DNA of 64,000 nt from Candidatus Methylomirabilota bacterium (GTDB taxonomy: Bacteria > Methylomirabilota > Methylomirabilia > Methylomirabilales > Methylomirabilaceae), in assembly GCA_016207095.1 (NCBI GenBank), contig JACQQF010000040.1:17003-81002 (forward strand), written 5' to 3'. The position numbers were made by a program, and so were the translations under genes. Numbering within the stretch: the stretch's first letter is position 1; each line of letters begins with the position of its first letter. The notes below the pieces were generated by a model. That model was given only the letters and a program-made list of their open reading frames with translations. It did no database searches and was not told the origin of the DNA. Below, piece after piece: positions 18,457 through 26,581 of this stretch.

Positions 18457-19848
18457 TTACTGTTCATGCCAGGTCCCTTTGACCATCTCAAACGGAAAGT
18501 TCTGTGACAAGCCGTCGATAATGCATTTGCTGTATTTGATGACTGGCGTTCCGGTGACGTCATCCACCGCAACACCGTCGGCGCCGGAGCCAAATCCGAA
18601 GATCCCCCCGATGATCTGGGCGGTCCCGTTGATTTTGTTGATCTTGTCGGCTATGATCACGCCCTTAAACGTCCCACCGTTGAAATTGCCCAGGTTCGCA
18701 TTATCGGTCGCGTTGTGGACGATCAGGATGCCGGTGCTGCCGTCAGGGGGCTGTGCGTAATTTCCGTTGACGTAGAGCACCCCATGAAATGGGGAGGTGG
18801 GGGCCTGGGCCGGTGTAACCTTGATGCTCTCCAGGTAAGCGTTGAACGCCTCGATCTGGGTAGTTGTTGCGGTCGGACCTAGGAGGAGCGCGCCAATCGT
18901 GCTTGGAAAAGTCGATGAGGTGCCCTTGCAAACGTCTCCGGTGCCTGCCGCGCATACAAGGTTTTCCGGTTTGTTGATGGAAACCCCGGATGCCCCTGTG
19001 GGAGAGGTCGCCGCCGAGACGCTGTCGCTGTTGGACGGATTATTGCCGTCGCAGTCATGATTTCGTCCGTCGATGACCGCCGCGGCGGATTGAACGTTGA
19101 TATTGGTATTGGCCGTCAGCGCACCGTCCAGCGGCGGCTTGATGGTGAATCGCTGGATCATGGTCGAGAGCACCTTGCGACCATCCCTCGCTGCCCCGGT
19201 GGAGATCACTTTGAAAATCGGATTCGTGGCGACGGTGGCGCATGATCCGAGCGGAACGCCGAACGAATCGACATATTGCCAGCAACCACCAACGAAGCCA
19301 ACAACCGGCGCCACGGTGGTGGTGTACGATCCACCATTTGTAAGATTTGCATTGACAAGTACCCCTCCAGAGGCAAAGGTTCTCCCCGCGCTATCGAGAT
19401 TCGCCGCGTTTCCGCCAAAATAGTTGCCCCAGCCTATGGCGCTGCTACCGGAATAGGTCCACGCACAGGTGGGAGGGTTATATCGCCAGAAAGCCGGATC
19501 AGTCGGGTTAGCCCAGGCGATCGTCGGGGTTCCCTGTTTCCCAATCACTACCGGGTCCGCTGCAGTACTACAGGCGGTATCGCCTTCGTCAGTGGATGTG
19601 CCCGGATCCAAACGCATCCTATACATCGCCTCCTGAATGCCGGCTTCAGCCGCGAAAAAGGCCTTCTTCAGGTCGGATTCATTCGATCCGATCTGACTCT
19701 CGGTCACCGAAAGCCCCATCAGTGTGATTCCCAGAAGCGACAGCATTGCCAGAACCAAGAGGGCGACGACGACCGCTATCCCCCCCTGATCGGCGATTGG
19801 AGATCGAGGCCTTCTGTCGCGCCCAGGTAGATCCCGCATCTCTTTCAC
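18457..19848 (-). CDS. PilX-like minor pilin / large pilus-associated protein (module B, gene 4)
   Basis: 463 aa. The N-terminus QGGIAVVVALLVLAMLSLLGITLMGLSVTESQIGSN...KKAFFAAEAGIQEA matches the PilX N-terminal pattern. The C-terminal region is large and Gly/Thr/Asn-rich. Confidence 0.65.
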   Translation of the reverse strand: MKEMRDLPGRDRRPRSPIADQGGIAVVVALLVLAMLSLLGITLMGLSVTESQIGSNESDLKKAFFAAEAGIQEAMYRMRLDPGTSTDEGDTACSTAADPVVIGKQGTPTIAWANPTDPAFWRYNPPTCAWTYSGSSAIGWGNYFGGNAANLDSAGRTFASGGVLVNANLTNGGSYTTTVAPVVGFVGGCWQYVDSFGVPLGSCATVATNPIFKVISTGAARDGRKVLSTMIQRFTIKPPLDGALTANTNINVQSAAAVIDGRNHDCDGNNPSNSDSVSAATSPTGASGVSINKPENLVCAAGTGDVCKGTSSTFPSTIGALLLGPTATTTQIEAFNAYLESIKVTPAQAPTSPFHGVLYVNGNYAQPPDGSTGILIVHNATDNANLGNFNGGTFKGVIIADKINKINGTAQIIGGIFGFGSGADGVAVDDVTGTPVIKYSKCIIDGLSQNFPFEMVKGTWHEQ

Positions 19849-20519
19849 AAATTCCTCAGCCGGACATCGGTGGTGACTGTGTAGCTACGAGACGATGTCC
19901 CGCGAGCATTTTCCACCCCCGTGATGGAGATGTTCAGGCGCCTGACATTGGCCGCGACCGTGGTGACCGCTCCGGTGCTGTCGTACGAGGTGATGCTGAG
20001 CGCGGTCATGCACTGGGCAACGTCACCTGCTATTGGCGTCGAGGGGCTCCAGACGCCCCCAACCCCGGCTTGAGCGCTGCGGGTGATCTTTCCGACTGTG
20101 GTGGGGTTGAGTGGATCACACGGCCGTGTGGCGTCCACCGGTGGCACGAATGTATAGATCACCTTATCGGTGACATTATCTCCATTGAGGTCAACCTGGA
20201 AGGTCACCGACGAAGGGGTAAGCGCCGTGATACCACAGGGTGGGACAGCACAGTCAGGATTGGGGCTATTCGACGGGGCATACGCCGCCATACGGAGCTC
20301 GCGGGCCATGCTCTCAAGGACCACGCGAACGTTCTGCTGCACGTCGGACTTGGCCGCCCCCATAGCGTAGTCAGCCCGGCTCGTGTCAAGCATGATATAG
20401 ATGGCCAGAAGCACGACAACAAAAACGGCTGAGCCGATCAGCATCTCTACGAGGGAAAATCCCCTCGCGCAGTTCATCGAATTGCGAACTCTGCCATTGA
20501 CAAGCGTACTCTGTCTCAT
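19845..20519 (-). CDS. PilW-like minor pilin (module B, gene 3)
   Basis: 224 aa with a prepilin motif G|FSLVEMLIGSAVFVVVLLAIY and then ...NVRVVLESMARELRMAAY. Its start overlaps the upstream stop as ATGA. Confidence 0.7.
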   Translation of the reverse strand: MRQSTLVNGRVRNSMNCARGFSLVEMLIGSAVFVVVLLAIYIMLDTSRADYAMGAAKSDVQQNVRVVLESMARELRMAAYAPSNSPNPDCAVPPCGITALTPSSVTFQVDLNGDNVTDKVIYTFVPPVDATRPCDPLNPTTVGKITRSAQAGVGGVWSPSTPIAGDVAQCMTALSITSYDSTGAVTTVAANVRRLNISITGVENARGTSSRSYTVTTDVRLRNL

Positions 20520-20974
20520 CGTGTGAAGAGCGCCTCCACATCGACAGAACCGGGACGATTTTGGGCGTCCCAGGTCACCGTTACCCGGACTTTTTTGAGA
20601 TCTGGCCTAAGGTCAGGCGGCGGCGTGGCCACGCCCACATTAGGCGTAAAGGTACAGGTCCTACTGAACGTGATAGTGGGCACAAGGGGGTCGGCGAGTG
20701 TTGCAGGGGTGACTGAGCAATTGGTCGCATCGATCGCATTGAACCCCTGGCCCGGCGTCGTATCGGCAGCAATCGCCTTCAATTGTTCGATCTTCTGCTG
20801 CGCATGCGCGACAGCCGTTGTCACTCTTCCCCCATAAGTGATATTGGAATACCCGGTCGGAAAGAGGGTGGAGATCGTCACAAACGCAAGCCCGATCAAT
20901 GCCGCGGCAATGAGGGTTTCAACGATCGAGAAGCCCTTTGGGACGACGACGTTTCGCTCGCCCTGACGTATCAT
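20516..20974 (-). CDS. PilV-like minor pilin (module B, gene 2)
   Basis: 152 aa with a prepilin motif KG|FSIVETLIAAALIGLAFVTI. Its start overlaps the upstream stop as ATGA. Confidence 0.7.
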   Translation of the reverse strand: MIRQGERNVVVPKGFSIVETLIAAALIGLAFVTISTLFPTGYSNITYGGRVTTAVAHAQQKIEQLKAIAADTTPGQGFNAIDATNCSVTPATLADPLVPTITFSRTCTFTPNVGVATPPPDLRPDLKKVRVTVTWDAQNRPGSVDVEALFTR

Positions 20975-21501
20975 GGCATCTTCACATTGCCGGCTGGGTT
21001 GACCTGAATGACCTTTGTCGCGCCCGAGTCATCGGCGAGCGTGATATTTACCGATCGGACTATATTAGCTGAGTCCACGCAGGCGCCTATTGCGTTGAAG
21101 ATGGGGCCGCCGATGGGATCTCCGTTTCCCACGCTTTGTATTGTCAGGCCGATAAACTGTGTCGAGAGATCTTGCCAATTTGTGATGTTGGTCGGTGAGG
21201 ACCATGTCGTGTCAGTAGCGCTTTTTTCCATCCGATAGGTGTTGTCGAGCGTGTGAACCCCATACAGACCGCCCTTAGAGACGGCGAGCGAACGGGCAGA
21301 GCGGATGTCGCTCGCAAGCTGCCGCACAGCGCCGCTAAGTCGAGCGTTCTTGAAGGTTGCCGCGAAGATCGGCAGCGACACTGTAGCCAATACAGCAAGC
21401 ATGGCGACCACGACGACCAATTCCGCCACCGAGAAGCCGTCGCGACCTTGATTTCGAGAAATCTGTGATGCTTGATGAAACTCCAGACACTTACGAGTCA
21501 T
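20971..21501 (-). CDS. FimT/FimU/GspH-like minor pilin (module B, gene 1)
   Basis: Prepilin motif DG|FSVAELVVVVAMLAVLATVSLPIF, then SGAVRQLASDIRSARSLAV (GspH/FimT-like). I moved the start to ATG 21501 because the track start at 21600 would run through the sigma-54 promoter. Confidence 0.7.
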   Translation of the reverse strand: MTRKCLEFHQASQISRNQGRDGFSVAELVVVVAMLAVLATVSLPIFAATFKNARLSGAVRQLASDIRSARSLAVSKGGLYGVHTLDNTYRMEKSATDTTWSSPTNITNWQDLSTQFIGLTIQSVGNGDPIGGPIFNAIGACVDSANIVRSVNITLADDSGATKVIQVNPAGNVKMP

Positions 21502-21545
21502 TGGGTCACTCACCTCGATGCTTCTTGGTCCTGTCGCAAGCGTGA

Positions 21546-21561
21546 TGCAAGCTTGATGCCA
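21546..21561 (-). promoter_or_regulatory. sigma-54 (RpoN) -24/-12 promoter upstream of minor-pilin module B
   Basis: The - strand reads TGGCAT-CAAGC-TTGCA, against the consensus TGGCAC-N5-TTGCW, about 45 nt upstream of ATG 21501. A 7/8 inverted repeat TTCGTCGG (21640-47) / CCGTCGAA (21658-65) about 80-100 nt upstream could be an enhancer-binding-protein site. Confidence 0.6.
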
Positions 21562-21690
21562 CAGGCTCAATATTGAGGGCCTAATCGTAGCACATGGCAA
21601 TGGTCCGAATAAGAGAGAGGTCTGTTCGAGAGCCGATAGTTCGTCGGATGGAGCAGGCCGTCGAATGCAATGAGCGAAATGGATGCTGGA

Positions 21691-22941
21691 CTATTGAGAG
21701 GCGGGGATTTCTTGCCAGGTCCGGAGCCTCGCGCTGAGTAAGCGCGCCGCGCCGCGCAGGGTCTCCTGGCTGAAGTGCAGTTGGGCACGATCCCTTATTG
21801 CAAAGCCAGCCCGACCGGCGTGGCTGGTTGTCCGGTTCGCGATGATAACCGAGCCGATGATCATTGAATCTCCTTCCAACGTAAGACGGCTGCCGTCGCC
21901 CACCAGAAGCACAGCCCCGTCAAACCGATATGACCCACGGAGCGTGAGCTCTCCCGTGACTACCAGGACCCCAGACCCGTGCCCGCTCCCCTCAAGAATT
22001 ACATCTCCGGCCGTATCGAGACCTCGGTTCGAATCGGCGGATGGATCACCGGTGACGAGGGTGACCTGCCCGCCCCCATCGATCCGACGAAGGTCTTCAT
22101 ATATCGTTCCAGGGTTGACGAGGACGCGATCGGCTTGTCGCGCCAACTGAAGCTTGACTCCCTGTAACGTACCGCTCGTCGCGGCATTCGCCACGACTGC
22201 CACGCTCGGTGTCGCCCCCACCCCGAGCGCCCTGCTCTGCTGTCCTGGCGTGAGGATGCCGAGGACAGTGGATGCCGCCTCCGACGAAACGAGGGCAATG
22301 GCGGGATGCGCAGGCGAAGGACCGGCGCCTCCATCCAGGTTGCGGTCAAACCCGCTGACCAGAAACGATTCCCCGTCAAAGAGCGGATCGACGGTGGAGT
22401 TCACAAGAGTCAGTGGAGCCGGCGGCCCCAGGAATGGTGGAACCTCCACCACTACCCTGACCACCCGCAGTGATCCTTGGAAGGTGCCGGTCCCGGTGAT
22501 GACCACAAGCCCATCGGTATCGCACGTGGTGCTTCCACAGACCGCTGTCCCGCCGTCTTGTGGGAGCCCTCCAATGCTTTCCACGTTATTGGTCACAGTT
22601 GCCCGATACGTCCCCGAGTCCGCGGACGTTTCATTGATCCACCCACCCAGCAGAAGATTGTTCACAAGGACATCGTTCACTGGAAACCGAGGCAACAGCC
22701 GCCGGGTTCGCTCGATGGCCGCCTCGGCGAGATAAAGGGCCTGCGCCGCGCTTCGGTCGTTCGACCCGACCTGTCGCTCACTCGAAGCGATGGTCAGCAA
22801 GGCGGAGCCCAGGAGCAACAGAAACCCTGTCAACAAGAGAACCAAGACCAGCACGACCCCGCCCTCTTGCGAGCAGATCGTATGGCTCGGAACAGCATCC
22901 TTACCCCACGCCGATCGTTCTTTCGCCAATAAAGGGCACAT
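21691..22941 (-). CDS. PilX-like minor pilin / large pilus-associated protein (module A, gene 4)
   Basis: 416 aa. GGVVLVLVLLLTGFLLLLGSALLTIASSERQVGSN...AQALYLAEAAIERT matches the PilX N-terminal pattern. The C-terminus shares a G.G(V/I)L(V/I)V.G...F.G(A/V) pattern with the module B paralogue. Confidence 0.6.
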   Translation of the reverse strand: MCPLLAKERSAWGKDAVPSHTICSQEGGVVLVLVLLLTGFLLLLGSALLTIASSERQVGSNDRSAAQALYLAEAAIERTRRLLPRFPVNDVLVNNLLLGGWINETSADSGTYRATVTNNVESIGGLPQDGGTAVCGSTTCDTDGLVVITGTGTFQGSLRVVRVVVEVPPFLGPPAPLTLVNSTVDPLFDGESFLVSGFDRNLDGGAGPSPAHPAIALVSSEAASTVLGILTPGQQSRALGVGATPSVAVVANAATSGTLQGVKLQLARQADRVLVNPGTIYEDLRRIDGGGQVTLVTGDPSADSNRGLDTAGDVILEGSGHGSGVLVVTGELTLRGSYRFDGAVLLVGDGSRLTLEGDSMIIGSVIIANRTTSHAGRAGFAIRDRAQLHFSQETLRGAARLLSARLRTWQEIPASQ

Positions 22942-22947
22942 GGGGAC

Positions 22948-23577
22948 TCACGATCCTCGATTCCGCAACTGAACCTCAGACACCAGGCGGAAAGGTTCGG
23001 AGAGGATGCGACCGGGGGGCGCGAGGGCCGTGATATTAATGCCGACTCGCCGGATCTCCCCAAGTCTTGCCGCAAGTTCGCCTGGCGGGATCGCGCTGCC
23101 GCCGGCCCCGAAATACGTAAACTCAACCGCCGTGATCCCCTCGGCGAGTGGTTGGGCGCCGTTGGTGCCGGACCAGCCGCCGCCCCAAGTGGACCACTGC
23201 TGTCGCCGAAGAACCGGCGGGCTTGCGGAGAGGTCCAGCCGATACTCAATCTTCTTGCTGCTGCCATCACCGTTGGGATCGCCGATGAACGCGATCCTGT
23301 TGATGTCTGCGCTCTGAATCGGCCCCGGAATCGGAAGACCGGGGATCAGGCCAGAGGGATCGAGGCCGGCGGCTCTGAGCTCTCGCACGATCCTCGCCAT
23401 CCCGATCCTGACGCTCTGCTGGAGGTCCGCGCGCCGTTCACCTCTGCTATACGCGCCGTGCATCGTCTCAAGTATGATGGAGGCGGAGATCAGGAGAGGT
23501 CCGATAAGGGTTGACGCGATCAGGACCTCAGGGAATGTGAGGCCGCGCTCTGTCTTCATGGAAACAACGGCGGACAC
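22948..23577 (-). CDS. PilW-like minor pilin (module A, gene 3)
   Basis: 209 aa with a prepilin motif RG|LTFPEVLIASTLIGPLLI and then ...SVRIGMARIVRELRAAG. Confidence 0.7.
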   Translation of the reverse strand: MSAVVSMKTERGLTFPEVLIASTLIGPLLISASIILETMHGAYSRGERRADLQQSVRIGMARIVRELRAAGLDPSGLIPGLPIPGPIQSADINRIAFIGDPNGDGSSKKIEYRLDLSASPPVLRRQQWSTWGGGWSGTNGAQPLAEGITAVEFTYFGAGGSAIPPGELAARLGEIRRVGINITALAPPGRILSEPFRLVSEVQLRNRGS

Positions 23578-23590
23578 AATCGCCCTCCCA

Positions 23591-24088
23591 CTACTGGCTG
23601 AGAACAGTTGTGAGCTGAACCCTTCGCTCTGTCGGAGTTGCCGGCCAACCTACCATCACCGTCAGCGACAACAACCCCGAATCGATCGACGTGACCTCGA
23701 TGCGACCCCAGCTCGGATTCACCTCTCCGCTAAGGGCCGCTGAAGCGATATCATCTCGCCAGCGCTGGAAAGATGACCCTCCGTGAAAGGGTGGAGTTCC
23801 TTCGAGATCATCAGCAGGGAAGGAGGAGTGTTGCCTGGTATCCGCTTGATGGTATCGAGGCAGGGCCTGGAGTCTTTCATCTCGTAGCACCTCGATCATT
23901 CGCTGCGCGAGGGCAGTCGCTTTTGTCAGGTCACCTCCAACCCGCAGGTGCTGATGAGCGACAGGAAACAACCCAATAACGCCCATCATGGCGACCGAGA
24001 GGATCGCCATGGCGATCAGTACCTCCACGAGCGTCAGACCCTGATCCTTGATGAGTTGGAACGGCCCGCAGGGAATCTTCATGGGCAC
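23591..24088 (-). CDS. PilV-like minor pilin (module A, gene 2)
   Basis: 165 aa with a prepilin motif QG|LTLVEVLIAMAILSVAMMGVIGLF. Confidence 0.7.
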   Translation of the reverse strand: MPMKIPCGPFQLIKDQGLTLVEVLIAMAILSVAMMGVIGLFPVAHQHLRVGGDLTKATALAQRMIEVLRDERLQALPRYHQADTRQHSSFPADDLEGTPPFHGGSSFQRWRDDIASAALSGEVNPSWGRIEVTSIDSGLLSLTVMVGWPATPTERRVQLTTVLSQ

Positions 24089-24570
24089 GAACCTTTACAC
24101 ACCGTGACCTTGCCTGTGAAGTGTGTGCGAACTTGAAAGCTGCTTGCCCCCCTGGCGAGGGTGACCGTTCCTCCGGCAGCCTCCCCGGTCTCGGCGAAGG
24201 TGATGGTGGCATTCGATGTGACCTGGACCTTATCCCTCCGCGGCCATACCGTCGCCTCGATGTCCCATCCGGAGCCCGTGTCTCGCTGGATCAGGTAGCC
24301 GCCGGCCGACACCGTCCCGCCACAGTTGTCGAAACAGATCCTGTGGCGGCGGTTGGTGCTCACAGCCTTCTGCCTGGCGAGGCGGAGGTCTCCGGCGAGC
24401 TGCCAGGCTGCACTCCGCAACCGGTAACCGTTAATCGTGCCAGTCAATGTGGGCAACGAGAAAGCGGAGATCACGGCGACGAGACCCACGGCGATGAGCA
24501 CCTCGGCGAGTGTGAAGGCGTGGGCGAAACAGGTTCTCTTCGATTCTGCGAACCCTCGACCCCGGTCCAT
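24079..24570 (-). CDS. FimT/FimU/GspH-like minor pilin (module A, gene 1)
   Basis: 163 aa with ...CFAHA|FTLAEVLIAVGLVAVISAFSLP and then YRLRSAAWQLAGDLRLARQKAV (GspH/FimT-like). Ala rather than Gly is at -1. Confidence 0.7.
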   Translation of the reverse strand: MDRGRGFAESKRTCFAHAFTLAEVLIAVGLVAVISAFSLPTLTGTINGYRLRSAAWQLAGDLRLARQKAVSTNRRHRICFDNCGGTVSAGGYLIQRDTGSGWDIEATVWPRRDKVQVTSNATITFAETGEAAGGTVTLARGASSFQVRTHFTGKVTVCKGSCP

Positions 24571-24641
24571 TGTTTTCTCTCACCCCTCCTCTCCAGGCCG
24601 CCCTCCGCGGGAGAACCGATCTCACAGTTGTGAGGGAAGTG

Positions 24642-24657
24642 AGCACGCACTATGCCA
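24642..24657 (-). promoter_or_regulatory. sigma-54-type -24/-12 promoter candidate upstream of minor-pilin module A
   Basis: The - strand reads TGGCAT-AGTGC-GTGCT (the -12 box has G in place of the first T), about 75 nt upstream of ATG 24570. A perfect 6-bp inverted repeat CTCACA-gt-TGTGAG (24621-24634) lies between the promoter and the start. Confidence 0.4.
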
Positions 24658-24879
24658 AGCGACTGATGGACCGGACGATGAGAGGGAAAGAAGCGCGAAG
24701 ACCGCTCTTTATGGGAGGTTAGCTACCAGTGCGAAGAATCGTCGGTTCATCGGCACCCGGTCTTGGATGACGCCCACGAGATACGACTCGTATGAATTTG
24801 GAGACGCTCGAAGGAGGAACTGAAGCGCGGAAGGAAGGATGGCGGTCAGAGAAGCTCTGTCAGCCGGACCGTTTCCGCA

Positions 24880-25650
24880 TCAGGTGGCCAGGAACGAGTA
24901 CTCCTTGCCCTGCTCCAGAATGGCGACCGGAGGATCCGACAGCTCGGCAAGCTCTCGGACGATGTCAGCGATAAATTGCGGCTTGATGTGCTGGGCATAG
25001 ATCGGACGCCGAACTGTCAGCTTCGTCAGCTCGGTGCGGAGCGTTTGGGGTGTCAGGTGGCCGCTCGCGTCGGCAAGATCCTGCAGCAGATTGGGATACG
25101 ATGTCTCGACAATGATCGCTTGAAGACGGGACGCCGCATTGGCAACCTTCCACAGCTCCGTTGTCGGCCCACTGTCTCCCTGGAAAAGGATAGAGGCCTC
25201 GCCATCGGAGACCAAATACCCCGTCGCCTCGACCGTGTGATCGACGCGGACCGCCATGACCTCATACCCGCCGATCCGCTGTGGCCGTCCTTCCCGAATC
25301 TCATGAAACGAGAGGATGGGATTCTGTGGCGAGGGGATGGTTGTGAAATCTGGCCAGATGATCCCGTTAAATACATGCTTCTTCAGGTGGCGAATCACGG
25401 GGGGGATGCTCCAGACCTCGATTGGTTTCGTCCTCACCGTGGAGAGGTTATCGGCGAGGAAGGCGAGGGCAGCGACATGATCGAGGTGGGAGTGAGTAAC
25501 CAGCACCTGATCGATCCCCGCCTGTGAGTCAAGAGGAAGAGCGGCGGTGACTGAGCCTGCGTCGAGGAGCAGGCGGCCGTCAACGAGATGGCTGGTTTGA
25601 TGGCACCCGGGCGCCTCCCCACCGTAACAGCCCAATGCGTGTAGCCTCAT
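24880..25650 (-). CDS. metallo-beta-lactamase (MBL)-fold hydrolase, class-II 3',5'-cyclic-nucleotide phosphodiesterase-like
   Basis: 256 aa. MRLHALGCYGGE...LLLDAGS...VLVTHSHLDHVAALAFLADN resembles the HxHLDH signature of class-II cAMP phosphodiesterases. Substrate assignment is uncertain. Confidence 0.55.
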   Translation of the reverse strand: MRLHALGCYGGEAPGCHQTSHLVDGRLLLDAGSVTAALPLDSQAGIDQVLVTHSHLDHVAALAFLADNLSTVRTKPIEVWSIPPVIRHLKKHVFNGIIWPDFTTIPSPQNPILSFHEIREGRPQRIGGYEVMAVRVDHTVEATGYLVSDGEASILFQGDSGPTTELWKVANAASRLQAIIVETSYPNLLQDLADASGHLTPQTLRTELTKLTVRRPIYAQHIKPQFIADIVRELAELSDPPVAILEQGKEYSFLAT

Positions 25651-25756
25651 CCGTGGCCCATTCTTTTTGCTCGATCCATGCGCCCCAATGAATGATTCGC
25701 GATGCGCAGGCCGCCGTCTCCAATAGCAGCGGCCGGTTGGACGTGCATCTCGCGCG

Positions 25757-26581
25757 TCACCGACCTCGATGCTCCTCTGCCTGGCGCGCTCTTGTTGCCG
25801 CCTTCAACGAAGCGACGAACTCGCCCGCGTCTTTCACGAGGCCTACCCTTCCGGCATTTCGCTCAAGGAGGGACACGATGGCGCTCCCCACAATCACCCC
25901 ATCGGCCACCCCGGCGACCATCTGCACCTGCGCCGGGCTGGAGATCCCGAACCCAACCGCGAGCGGCTTGTCGGTCTCAGCGCGGATCATCCGGACGGTC
26001 GCCTCGAGGTCGTCGCTGAGACGGGAACGGGCTCCTGTCACACCGCGTAGCGAGACGTAATAGATGAACCCTCTCGAGACAGCGGCGATCCTTTGGACCC
26101 GTTCGCGCGAGCTGGTGGGGGCGAGCAGGAACACCGTGTGAAGGTCATGAGGGGCAGTCGCCTCGATCAGCTCGGCCCCCTCTTCGGGTGGAAGGTCCGG
26201 CACGATGAGCCCATCGACCCCTGCCGCTACGGCCTCCTTCGCGAAGCGGGCAAACCCGAAGTGGAAGATCGGGTTCGCGTAACTCATCAGGAGAAGCGGC
26301 AGGTCACAGTCCGCGCGAATGCCGCGCACCATCTCGAGGATCCGAGTCAGCGTCGTCCCACCCCGAAGGGCGCGTTGGGATGCCCGCTGGATGGTCACGC
26401 CGTCGGCCAGCGGATCGGAGAACGGGACGCCAATCTCCAGAAGGTCCGCCCCTCGCCTCTCGAACTCAAGAATCAGCGCCTGTGTTGTGGCGAGATCGGG
26501 ATCGCCGGCGGTCAGGTACGGTATCAGGGCGCACTCCCCTGCCCCCTTGAGACGGTGGAAACGCTCGTCGATCCGGTTCAT
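25757..26581 (-). CDS. trpA: tryptophan synthase alpha chain
   Basis: 274 aa with ...[12 protein letters not shown]...[14 protein letters not shown]..., followed by GFIYYVS..GVTG. Confidence 0.95.
   Translation of the reverse strand: MNRIDERFHRLKGAGECALIPYLTAGDPDLATTQALILEFERRGADLLEIGVPFSDPLADGVTIQRASQRALRGGTTLTRILEMVRGIRADCDLPLLLMSYANPIFHFGFARFAKEAVAAGVDGLIVPDLPPEEGAELIEATAPHDLHTVFLLAPTSSRERVQRIAAVSRGFIYYVSLRGVTGARSRLSDDLEATVRMIRAETDKPLAVGFGISSPAQVQMVAGVADGVIVGSAIVSLLERNAGRVGLVKDAGEFVASLKAATRARQAEEHRGR

Noticed and set aside
18456-18471. TGGCAT at the 3' end of the module-B PilX-like gene (- strand TGGCATGAACAGTAAG), considered as a sigma-54 promoter for pilM.
   Set aside because: There is no GC dinucleotide at the -12 position (GTAAG in place of TTGC). 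It also lies upstream of the terminator at 18353-18388.
24054-24066. A 12-nt exact match (AGTTGGAACGGC) to the MITE-like TIR inside the PilV-like gene of module A, and an 11-nt match at 28769-28779 inside trpC.
   Set aside because: Both are in-frame coding sequence for the same peptide, P-F-Q-L (CCG TTC CAA CTC). Neither has a partner TIR within about 105 bp. They are most simply explained by codon usage, not solo element ends.
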